A stretch of 64,000 nt of DNA, taken from assembly GCA_966252115.1 (NCBI GenBank), contig CBINNW010000007.1, forward strand, positions 2,142 to 66,141, in the 5' to 3' direction. The DNA is from an uncultured Akkermansia sp. (GTDB lineage: Bacteria; Verrucomicrobiota; Verrucomicrobiia; Opitutales; Opitutaceae). A program made the translations under genes and the position numbers. The number at the start of each line of letters is the position of its first letter. The stretch's first letter is position 1. The notes below the pieces were generated by a model. The model did not search any database and was not told where the DNA came from. It worked only from the letters and a program-made list of their open reading frames with translations. Shown here in pieces: positions 16,790 through 24,690 of this stretch.

Positions 16790-17773
16790 TCACTTCCCGG
16801 CGTGCCAGTTGCCGCGCAGCCAGATGTGGCGGCGCAGCCGGGCGAGCAGCTCGTCGGGCAAGTCCGGCAGGTCGGACACGGCCGCGTTGGCCGCCGCCTG
16901 CGCGACGTTGCGCATGCCCGGGATGACCGTGCTCATGGCCGGATGGGCGAGCGCGAATTTCAGCGCCGCCTGCGGCATCGTGTAGCCGCTCCCCTCAAGG
17001 TCCTCGCGGATGCGCTCCACCCGCTCGACCGTGCGCGCGAGGCGGTCGCCGCCGAAGTAACGACCGCGAAAATCGTCCGCCGGGAAAACCGTCCGCGGCG
17101 TCAGTTTGCCGGTCAGGCTGCCCTCGTCGAAGGCCAGACGCCCCATCACCGCCGTGCCGCTCTCCGCCGCGAGCGGCAGCGCCTCGGCGGCGGGTTGTTG
17201 TTCAAAAAGGTTATAGACGAGCTGGATCACGTCGATGCGGCCCGCCGCGAGCAGGGTGTTGAGCTGGTCCTGGTCGTGGTCCGGCGTGGAGATGCCGAAG
17301 GCGCGGATTTTGCCCTCCTGCTTGAAGCGCTCGAGCACGGCCAGCGGCGCCGGATCGCGGTTCCACGCCCGCGACCACACATGCAGCAAAAGCACGTCGA
17401 TGCAGTCCGTGCGCAGCTCGCGCAGACGCTCCTCGAGATTCGCGCGCAGGTGGCTCTCGGGGTAGCGATCCTCCACCCGCTCGTGCGGCATCGGCGGCCA
17501 GTTGCCGGCGACGGGCGGCGTCTTGGTGACGATAAAAACGCGTTCGCGTCCGCCCCGTTCGGCGAGGGCGCGGGCGATCACGCGTTCGCTGCGGCCGTTG
17601 CCGTAACCGGCGGCGGTGTCGATCAGGTTGACGCCGAGATCGAGGGCCTGGTGCAGGGTGCGGACGGACTCGTCGTCGTCCTGCGCGCTCCAGGCGCCGC
17701 CGCCCAGCGCCCAGGCGCCGAAGCCGATTTCCGAAACCTGCCAGCCGAGCCGGCCAAAGGGGCGATATTTCAT
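16790..17773 (-). CDS. aldo/keto reductase
   Basis: 327 aa. ..SEIGFGAWALGG.. and LIDTAAGYGNGRSE are typical AKR motifs. Confidence 0.9.
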   Translation of the reverse strand: MKYRPFGRLGWQVSEIGFGAWALGGGAWSAQDDDESVRTLHQALDLGVNLIDTAAGYGNGRSERVIARALAERGGRERVFIVTKTPPVAGNWPPMPHERVEDRYPESHLRANLEERLRELRTDCIDVLLLHVWSRAWNRDPAPLAVLERFKQEGKIRAFGISTPDHDQDQLNTLLAAGRIDVIQLVYNLFEQQPAAEALPLAAESGTAVMGRLAFDEGSLTGKLTPRTVFPADDFRGRYFGGDRLARTVERVERIREDLEGSGYTMPQAALKFALAHPAMSTVIPGMRNVAQAAANAAVSDLPDLPDELLARLRRHIWLRGNWHAGK

Positions 17774-17792
17774 GGGGTAAAAAAAGAGGTGT

Positions 17793-18392
17793 TCAGCGCG
17801 GGCCGAGCAGGCCGGCGATGTGGGCGAGGATTTCCGTCCGCCCGTCCTTGCTCACCGACGAGCAGGCGAAAATCGGCGGCGCCGGCTCGGGCAAAAAGTC
17901 GGCCGCGGCGGCGAGAAACGCCTCGATGGCCGCGCGGGTTTTGGTGGGCGATTGTTTGTCGGTCTTGGTGAAGACCAACGCGAACGGCACCTCGCAACCG
18001 GCCAGCCAGGCGATGAAATCGAGATCGATGCGTTGCGGCTCGATGCGCGAGTCGATGAGCACGAAGACCGTGGCGAGGTTGGGCCGGTTCTCGATGTAGT
18101 CGGCGACGGCCTGGTTGAACTCGTGTTTGTCCTGCTGGGCGACCTTGGCGTAGCCGTAGCCGGGCAGGTCCACGAGACACCAGTTGCCGTTGATGCGAAA
18201 GAGGTTGATCAACTTGGTCTTGCCGGGCGTGGCCGAGACCATGGCGAGGGATTTGCGCTCGGTGAGCAGGTTGATGAGCGAGGATTTGCCGACGTTGGAA
18301 CGGCCGATGAAGGCAAACTCGGGCAGGTTCCAGTTCGGACACGCCCCCAGATTCGGCGCGCTGTCGTGAAAGTCGGCGGATTTGATCTTCAT
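17793..18392 (-). CDS. engB: ribosome biogenesis GTPase YihA/YsxC (EngB)
   Basis: G1 GRSNVGKSSLIN, G3 DLPGYGYA, G4 TKTDK. Confidence 0.9.
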   Translation of the reverse strand: MKIKSADFHDSAPNLGACPNWNLPEFAFIGRSNVGKSSLINLLTERKSLAMVSATPGKTKLINLFRINGNWCLVDLPGYGYAKVAQQDKHEFNQAVADYIENRPNLATVFVLIDSRIEPQRIDLDFIAWLAGCEVPFALVFTKTDKQSPTKTRAAIEAFLAAAADFLPEPAPPIFACSSVSKDGRTEILAHIAGLLGPR

Positions 18393-18461
18393 GGAGCGCG
18401 ACGCAAACGCATCCCGCCCCGGACGCGAGCCCCGCGTATGGGCCCCCCGCCATCTCTCCCG

Positions 18462-19739
18462 CTAAAAACGCAGGCTGAGCTGGGCGGCGGCCGACGGGCT
18501 CCAGCTCCCGGGCGCGTAGGCTTCGTGGCGCAAACCGACCTGGAGCTTGAGCTGCGCCTGCGCCGCCAGACGGAGCACCGGCCCGCCCTCGACCCGCCAG
18601 ACCTCCCGCCCCCAGGGCACCGGGCCGACGGGCGTGTCGATGTCGCGAAAACCCTGCCAAGCCACGCGGAGCGCGGCGGCCCAACGGGCGTCGAGTTTGT
18701 AGCGCCCCTCGAGCACGGCCGCCAGCGTGTCGGCCTCGCCGGCTCCGGGCACCTCGAAACGGGAGCCGATCAGCTCGCCCCAGACCAGAAAGTGGCGCCA
18801 CTCCCAGGTCAGGTCGGCGCCGAGCGTGGTCTGCACATAGTCCTCGCGGTCATGGCCGGACAAAACCGACTCGGGCCGCGGCGCGAGATACACGCCCCGC
18901 GCCCACGAAGCACCGAGGTGCCAGGCGGGCGACGGGCTCCAGCCGAGGAGCGCGGCGAAGGCCGGAGCGCTCCACACCTCGTCCCCATCCTCATCCCAGG
19001 TGGTGGGGCGGGACGAGAGACCCGCGTTCTTGATTTCGGCCGCGAAATTCCAGTGCTCGCCGGCGGCCCGGAGCGCGGCGCCGGTGGCGTAAACCGGCCC
19101 CCACTGCACCGGGATGCGGTTGCGCTGATCCGCCGCGAGGGCCGCGCCCTCGCCCGGCGGGCGGATGTGAGCCCAGGTGGCGGGCCGGTCCGGCACCGGC
19201 GCGCCCTTGGAGTCCCACAGACCGACCAGGGTGTCCTGGGCCGGAGGCGGCGTGACGAAGGGGTATTCCCACGCGAGGTGGCGCCGCGTCCAGCTCCCGA
19301 AAACGGTGGCGAAACGCCCGGCCTCGACGCTGAAATTCCCGCCGGGCACGGGGCTCAGACGAAGCGAAAATTCATCCAGCCGGACCTCGGGCGAACCGTG
19401 CCCCGGATCGAAGCCCCGATCGGCCCGGACCTGGGCAAACGCGTAAAGGCGCGGGCCGAGCTGCACGTCGGCGAAGAGGTGCGCGACCGGAGCGACGAGC
19501 GTCTCGTCGTCGCCGTCGGTGTAACGAAGATCGGCCGTGGCGCGGGACTCGTGAAACGCGCCCAGATCGAGGCGGCCCGAAACGCGGGCGCGAACCGCGC
19601 CGCCGGCCGTGGAAAAACTCAAGGCCTCGCCCAGCCGGTCGGCGACGGCGTCGTAATCGGCCCGCAGGTTGCCGGCCAGGGCGACGAGCCCGAAGCCCAG
19701 GGCGAAGAGGTGGCTGCGATGGGCGGGGCGACGGGGCAT
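18462..19739 (-). CDS. putative outer-membrane beta-barrel protein
   Basis: 425 aa from ATG 19739. It has a signal-like N-terminus (HLFALGFGLVALAGNLRA), alternating beta-strand-like sequence, and a terminal ..AAQLSLRF* aromatic residue. Family not recognised. Confidence 0.55.
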   Translation of the reverse strand: MPRRPAHRSHLFALGFGLVALAGNLRADYDAVADRLGEALSFSTAGGAVRARVSGRLDLGAFHESRATADLRYTDGDDETLVAPVAHLFADVQLGPRLYAFAQVRADRGFDPGHGSPEVRLDEFSLRLSPVPGGNFSVEAGRFATVFGSWTRRHLAWEYPFVTPPPAQDTLVGLWDSKGAPVPDRPATWAHIRPPGEGAALAADQRNRIPVQWGPVYATGAALRAAGEHWNFAAEIKNAGLSSRPTTWDEDGDEVWSAPAFAALLGWSPSPAWHLGASWARGVYLAPRPESVLSGHDREDYVQTTLGADLTWEWRHFLVWGELIGSRFEVPGAGEADTLAAVLEGRYKLDARWAAALRVAWQGFRDIDTPVGPVPWGREVWRVEGGPVLRLAAQAQLKLQVGLRHEAYAPGSWSPSAAAQLSLRF

Positions 19740-19740
19740 C

Positions 19741-19768
19741 GGGAAAGCCGGGGAAAGCCGGGGAAAGC
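19741..19768. repeat. tandem decamer GGGAAAGCCG x2.8
   Basis: Direct tandem repeat starting 2 nt from the ATG of the OM-barrel gene (in its 5' leader on the minus strand). Confidence 0.8.
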
Positions 19769-19867
19769 GGCGGGAGCATGGGACGCCGATCGGGAGCCGC
19801 AAGCGCGTGGGCGCGACTCGCGGCTCGAAAGATCCGATCCCGACGCCGGCCCGGCCGCGACGACGGC

Positions 19868-20758
19868 TCAGGCGCGACGACGACGGCGCAGCAGCGCGCC
19901 TCCCAGCGAGGCGAAACCGGCCAGCGCGGCGAAGGAGGAGGGCTCGGGGATGCTGGAGACCGCGAGCGGCTCGGTGTAGAAAACGTCGTCGATCGCGACC
20001 AGGTCGCCCGACGGCGACTCGCCGGGGGCGGCGGCCGCGAAGACGCCAAAGTTTTCCGTGCCCGTCTTGATGCGCACGCGGCCCACCGTCTCGCCCTCGG
20101 TGAAATTCACGCCGAGAAACGAGAGCCCGCCCGCGCCCGAGGGCGCGACCGAGAACACGCCGAGCGAGGAACCCCCGATCGAGAAAAACTCGAGCGAGCT
20201 GCCGTCCGTGGCCTCCACGTCGAGGAAGACCGCCCCGAAGCCGGTCACGAAGGCCGACTCGGAGCTGGTGCCGGGCACCACGAAGGTCACGTCGATGAAG
20301 ACGCTGTCCTCGGCCAGGATGATCTGGTCGCCGGAGAACGACTGGAAAACGGTGCCGGCGTTGGCGAGATCCTGCGCGAAGAGGGCGTTGGCGGACAGCG
20401 GACCGGGGTTGTTGGGACTGTTGAGCAGTGAACCAACCGGGGCGTTGAAGATGGCGCCGCGCGCGCGTCCGCCCGGGGACACCTGCGCGAAGAAGTCGGC
20501 GGGAAAGGCGTTGGGCGCGGAGGCCGCGTCGGACACGCCGTCCCAGTTGATCTCGCGACGGCCCGAGGAGAAGGAGGAGCCGTTGTTGGGATTGAGCGCG
20601 CCGAGGTCGGCGCGGTAGGCGTCCACCGTGGTCTGGATGGCGGCGGACGAGGCGCCGGACGCGGAGAAGACCGAGGGGGCGGCCTGGGCGGAGACGGCGC
20701 CGAGCGCGGAGGCGGACGCGACGAGGATCGGAAGACGGAGGGAGCGGAGGGAGGACAT
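19868..20758 (-). CDS. PEP-CTERM sorting-domain protein
   Basis: Signal peptide plus the C-terminal IPEPSSFAALAGFASLGGALLRRRRRA (PEP motif, TM helix, Arg cluster). Confidence 0.85.
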   Translation of the reverse strand: MSSLRSLRLPILVASASALGAVSAQAAPSVFSASGASSAAIQTTVDAYRADLGALNPNNGSSFSSGRREINWDGVSDAASAPNAFPADFFAQVSPGGRARGAIFNAPVGSLLNSPNNPGPLSANALFAQDLANAGTVFQSFSGDQIILAEDSVFIDVTFVVPGTSSESAFVTGFGAVFLDVEATDGSSLEFFSIGGSSLGVFSVAPSGAGGLSFLGVNFTEGETVGRVRIKTGTENFGVFAAAAPGESPSGDLVAIDDVFYTEPLAVSSIPEPSSFAALAGFASLGGALLRRRRRA

Positions 20759-20845
20759 GGTGGTGGTCGGGTTGGTTTTCGGGTTCCGGGCGGAACAACA
20801 CCCCCACCCTGCCGCGCCGCGCGGATGATCGACAAAACCTTGACC

Positions 20846-20861
20846 GTAACGGCGCCGTTAC
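20846..20861. promoter_or_regulatory. perfect palindrome GTAACGGCGCCGTTAC upstream of the PEP-CTERM gene
   Basis: Lies 88 nt upstream of ATG 20758. A near-identical site is at 24653. Confidence 0.35.
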
Positions 20862-20875
20862 GCCCCCGGATGGCC

Positions 20876-20944
20876 GTGGCGGAATGGCGGATACATTTCG
20901 TTTCCGCGGAGCCCGGGGGCACGAAAGCGCGTCCGCGCTTCCGC
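20876..20944 (+). repeat. 69-nt repeat, copy 1
   Basis: GTGGCGGAATGGCGGATACATTTCGTTTCCGCGGAGCCCGGGGGCACGAAAGCGCGTCCGCGCTTCCGCT. About 85% identical to 29271-29339. Confidence 0.8.
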
Positions 20945-21006
20945 TGCATCGGAAGACCGCCGGCGAGGACCCTCCGCCAGGAGCCGGCGGCATCCCTATC
21001 CACCGC

Positions 21007-22848
21007 TCAGGCCGGCAGGCTGAGCTCGAAGACGGTCGAGTCGCCGTCGGAACGCAGCAGGCGCAGGTCGCCGCCGTGGAGGCGGGCGAGCTCGCGGGCG
21101 AGATTGAGGCCGAGGCCGTGTCCCGGCGTATCCGCGCCGCCCGGGCCGCGGTGAAACCGCTCGAAGATACGCTCGCGCGCCTCGGGCGGCACGGGACGGG
21201 GCGCGCTGTTCCCCACCCGTAGGCGGACCAGCCCGCCGTCGGTCTCGCCCTCGAGGCGGACGAAGCCGCCCGGGCGGTTGTATTTGGCGGCGTTCTCCAG
21301 AAGGTTTTGCAGCACGAGGATCAGGTGGCCGCGCTCGCCCCGCGCCACGAGCGGGGCGGCGAGTCTGTTTTCGAGCCGGAGCGTCGCGGCCCCGGGGAGC
21401 ACGCTGACGTCGTCGAGCGCGGCGGCGGCGAGCGTGGCGACATCGACCGGCATGGAGTCGGGCCGGACGAGGCCGGCGTCGAGCCGGGCGAGCAGCAGCA
21501 GGTCGTCCACGATGTGGCCGAGGCGCTCGGTCTGGTGCCGCAGCTCGTCGATGTCGCCGAGTCGCTCGTCGGGGAAGCCGGGCGCGGCGGCGAGCTCGTC
21601 GAGGCCGATGCGCAGCACGGCGACGGGCGTCTTGAGCTGGTGGGAGGCGTCGGCCGAGAAGCGCGCGGCGCGTTCGAGCTCGGCGGCGGTGCGCTCGAGC
21701 CTGGACTCGGCCTCGGCGCGACGCTCGCTCTGCGTCTCCGAATCGAGGGCGAGACGGCCGAACCATCCGGTGAAACGCGCGGTGAAAAGGCCGGCGCCGA
21801 GCAGGCCGAGCGCGGCGAGCACGCCGCTCGCGCCGGCGATGCGCCGGGTGATCTCGCGCTGGCGCCGGGCGAGCTCGGCGAGCGGGAAAAAACTGAGCGC
21901 GCGCGCGCCGCCCGGAGCGGAGGAGGGATGGACGAGCCGGTGCAACACGAGCCAGTCCGCGCCGCCCAGCCGGAGTCGCAGCTCCGCCGCGGGCGCCACG
22001 GTCCGGGCCAGCGCCGGGCCGAGCGCGGCCTCGGCCGCGACGCGCACCGGAGACGGCAGGCCCGGGGCGTGGAGACGGCCGGCGCGCCAATGGCCGCGCA
22101 CGATCCCCGCGGCCGAGCCGGCGGCGCCGCCGGCTGCGGGCGGATCCTCCCGGGGAAAGGCATACCCGAGAACCAGCGAGCCCAGCAGCCGGCCGGTGGC
22201 GTTGGAGAAAAACGGCAGGGCCAGCAGCTCGGCCGCGCGCTCGCCCCCCTCTCCGACGACCCAGTCGCCGCGCGTGGCGGAGCCGTCCGAAGCGTCCGCC
22301 AGCCCGACCGCGAGCGCGGAGGCGCCGGCGAGCTCCTCGGCCGACGCGGGACCGGCTTCGAAACCGGACGGCGGCTCGATGAGGCGGCCCTCGGCGTCGA
22401 AGAACCGATAGAAACGGGCGCGCAGCGCATCGCCGCCGGGAGCGTCGCCGCTGGCACCGCCACCCCCGCCCCCGCCGCCGGGAGCGTCGCCGCCGGCCGG
22501 TATCGCGAGGGCCTCGCGCAGGTCGTCGTGGGCGGCGTGGTAGAGCAGGTCGAGCGCGTCGTCCTCGAGGGCGGCGTGCAGACGGGGACGGCGGGCGAGG
22601 ACGCGGGCGCGATCCGCGAGGGCTTCGGCGCGGAGCCGGCGAAGGGCGAGATCGCCCGCCTCTCTGACGGCGAAACGCAGCTCGGCCTCCCGCGTCTGGA
22701 GGCGGGCGAGATGACGACGCGCCAAGCCGACGGCCCCCGCGCCGACCAGCACGGTGAGCAAGGCCATGGCGAGCAGGAGACGCGCGGCGAAGCGGCGGGT
22801 CTCGGCCCGCGCGGCGCGGCGACGGGACGGGTCAGGGGAGCTCGACAC
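21007..22848 (-). CDS. membrane sensor histidine kinase
   Basis: N-terminal TM, large extracytoplasmic region, second TM, H-box SADASHQLKTPVAVL, and a HATPase region (NLLENAAKY, GHGLGLNLAR). Confidence 0.85.
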   Translation of the reverse strand: MSSSPDPSRRRAARAETRRFAARLLLAMALLTVLVGAGAVGLARRHLARLQTREAELRFAVREAGDLALRRLRAEALADRARVLARRPRLHAALEDDALDLLYHAAHDDLREALAIPAGGDAPGGGGGGGGASGDAPGGDALRARFYRFFDAEGRLIEPPSGFEAGPASAEELAGASALAVGLADASDGSATRGDWVVGEGGERAAELLALPFFSNATGRLLGSLVLGYAFPREDPPAAGGAAGSAAGIVRGHWRAGRLHAPGLPSPVRVAAEAALGPALARTVAPAAELRLRLGGADWLVLHRLVHPSSAPGGARALSFFPLAELARRQREITRRIAGASGVLAALGLLGAGLFTARFTGWFGRLALDSETQSERRAEAESRLERTAAELERAARFSADASHQLKTPVAVLRIGLDELAAAPGFPDERLGDIDELRHQTERLGHIVDDLLLLARLDAGLVRPDSMPVDVATLAAAALDDVSVLPGAATLRLENRLAAPLVARGERGHLILVLQNLLENAAKYNRPGGFVRLEGETDGGLVRLRVGNSAPRPVPPEARERIFERFHRGPGGADTPGHGLGLNLARELARLHGGDLRLLRSDGDSTVFELSLPA

Positions 22849-23545
22849 GCAGCTCCTCGCCGGCGTTCAGCGTGAGGGTTCGGGAGACGGTGGTGCGACT
22901 GTCGATCCAGGCCTTCAGCGTGTGGGTGCCGGGCGGGAGCCCGGGCAGGGAAAAACTCCCGTCCGCCTCGGTGACGACGAAGTGGGGCGTGGGCAGGACG
23001 AGGATGGCGGCGCGCATGTGTTCGTGGATGTCGCAGCGCAGCGTGACGAGGCCGGGCCGGTCGAAGATTTGAAAAGGCACCTCCGCCTCGTCGGCGCGGT
23101 AGCGGCCGAGGTCGAAGCGCTTGGCGGGTGAGAAGGAGAACACGTTGTGATAAACCTCGTCCCGGTTGGGGAAGTCCACCCGCGTGCCGACGCGGACCGG
23201 GAGCAGGAGCGGGGAAAACTCGAGTTTGCGTTGCACGATGGTGGCTCGCGGTGGCTCGGTCGGGGACGGGAAATCGCCCTCGAGGTAAACGACTGCGCGC
23301 GGCGGCGAGGTGCGGACGAGGCCGCCCTCGATGACGAGTTCGTAGCGTTGGTTGACCACGGCGGCCGGCGGCGCGTCGGGCAGCCGCACGCGGCCGGAGA
23401 CGGAGGCGAGCGCCGCGACGGCGGCGGCCGGCGGGGTGGCCGGCGGGGTGGCCGGGGCGTCGGCGTCGGCGACGCCGACCAAGGGCAGGGTCAGAAGGGC
23501 GGAAGCGGCGAGGAGGCGGCGATGGAGCGGCGGACGAGGCGGCAT
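22832..23545 (-). CDS. secreted cupredoxin-like (type-1 copper) protein with a C-terminal carboxypeptidase-regulatory-like domain
   Basis: Signal peptide. VRVGTRVDFPNRDEVYHNVFS...LRCDIHEHM supplies His, Cys-X2-His-X2-Met ligands. C-terminal ..TEADGSFSLPGLPPGTHTLKAW. Confidence 0.65.
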   Translation of the reverse strand: MPPRPPLHRRLLAASALLTLPLVGVADADAPATPPATPPAAAVAALASVSGRVRLPDAPPAAVVNQRYELVIEGGLVRTSPPRAVVYLEGDFPSPTEPPRATIVQRKLEFSPLLLPVRVGTRVDFPNRDEVYHNVFSFSPAKRFDLGRYRADEAEVPFQIFDRPGLVTLRCDIHEHMRAAILVLPTPHFVVTEADGSFSLPGLPPGTHTLKAWIDSRTTVSRTLTLNAGEELRVELP

Positions 23546-23563
23546 GGCGGGCGGCGGTGGGGT

Positions 23564-24253
23564 TCAGGCCGGGGCGGGCGGATCGGCCTGGAGGACGTAG
23601 CCGGCGGAGCGCACGGTGTGAAGCAGCGGGAGGCTGTCGGGCGGGTCGATTTTTCGGCGAAGCCGGGTGATGAAAATCTCCACGGTGCGGGTGTCGTAGC
23701 GGTGGTCGCGTTGCCACACGCGTTCGCTGAGCTCGGCGCGGGAGAAGACGCGGCCGGGCTCGCCCAGAAGGACGCGCAGCAGATCGAATTCGCGCGGGGT
23801 CAGCTCCACCGGCCGACCGGCGCGGGTGACGCGGCGCCCGACGAGATCCAGATGCAGGTCGGCGAAGTTGAGCTTGTCGCCCGGGCTCGGGGTGGCGGCG
23901 CGGCGGCCGAGCGCCTCGACGCGGGCGATGAGCTCCTCGGCGGCGAAAGGCTTGGGCAGGTAGTCGTCGGCGCCGGAGCGCAGGCCGGCGACCCGCTCCT
24001 CGAGCGCGCCGCGGGCGGTGAGCACAAGCACGCGGGAGGGGCAGCGCGCGGCGCGCAGACGGGCGAGGACCTCGAGGCCGTCGAGCGTGGGCAGGTTGAG
24101 ATCCAGAACGATCAGGTCGGGCGTGGTGGCGAGGGCGCTGCGCAGCCCCTCCTCGCCGTCGATACACCAGCGCGTCTCGTGCCCGTGCCGCCGCAGGGTG
24201 GCGACGATATGGCGGGCCATGGGGCGCTCGTCCTCGACGACCAGGATCAACAT
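23564..24253 (-). CDS. OmpR-family response regulator
   Basis: Receiver (ILVVEDE..LDLNLP..) plus a winged-helix output domain (LTPREFDLLRVL..GYVL). ATG 24253 lies inside the longer track ORF. Confidence 0.9.
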   Translation of the reverse strand: MLILVVEDERPMARHIVATLRRHGHETRWCIDGEEGLRSALATTPDLIVLDLNLPTLDGLEVLARLRAARCPSRVLVLTARGALEERVAGLRSGADDYLPKPFAAEELIARVEALGRRAATPSPGDKLNFADLHLDLVGRRVTRAGRPVELTPREFDLLRVLLGEPGRVFSRAELSERVWQRDHRYDTRTVEIFITRLRRKIDPPDSLPLLHTVRSAGYVLQADPPAPA

Positions 24254-24330
24254 GCGGTGCCTTGTGCGCGACGCGGGGAGGCTTGGCAACAGGACGCTCG
24301 CGCGACGACCCGACGGGAGACGCGCCGTGT

Positions 24331-24606
24331 TCAGGAATCGAAGCGGGCGCGCCGGAGCGCGAAGCGGGCGATGTTTTCCGCGAGGTCCCGCTCGGTCCGC
24401 GCCGGGGAATCCGCCGGCGGGGAGAGCCGGGCGATCTCGTCCCACATCTCCTCCACGAGCAGGAGTTTCTCGGCGGGCGAGAGCCGCCGGACCTCGCCGA
24501 GGAGAATGGCGACGAGGGGCCGGAGGGAACGCAGCCGGGCGGGCGCGCCCGGGATGGGGGCGGATTCCGGACGGCGGGCGGGGCGGGTGAAGTTGGCCGC
24601 TTGCAT
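24331..24606 (-). CDS. small protein with an antitoxin-like (putative addiction module component) motif
   Basis: LSPAEKLLLVEEMWDEI resembles the Unstab_antitox/TIGR02574 core. ATG 24606 has GGAAGA about 10 nt upstream. Confidence 0.4.
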   Translation of the reverse strand: MQAANFTRPARRPESAPIPGAPARLRSLRPLVAILLGEVRRLSPAEKLLLVEEMWDEIARLSPPADSPARTERDLAENIARFALRRARFDS

Positions 24607-24652
24607 GCCCCGAGTCTTCCGCCCGCGGCGCGCGACCGGCAAAAAAGGAAGG

Positions 24653-24668
24653 GTAACGGCCGCGTTAC
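24653..24668. promoter_or_regulatory. palindrome GTAACGGCCGCGTTAC upstream of the two-component operon
   Basis: Lies 47 nt upstream of ATG 24606. Same GTAACG-N4-CGTTAC half-sites as 20846. Confidence 0.35.
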
Positions 24669-24690
24669 GCGGTCGGTTCGCCTCCGCCGC

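Noticed and set aside
18462-20993. A single 843-aa minus-strand ORF spanning the OM-barrel gene and beyond.
   Set aside because: The upstream two-thirds is an Arg/Pro-rich alternative frame over the PEP-CTERM gene. Only the last 425 codons, from ATG 19739 with a signal-like N-terminus, look protein-like.
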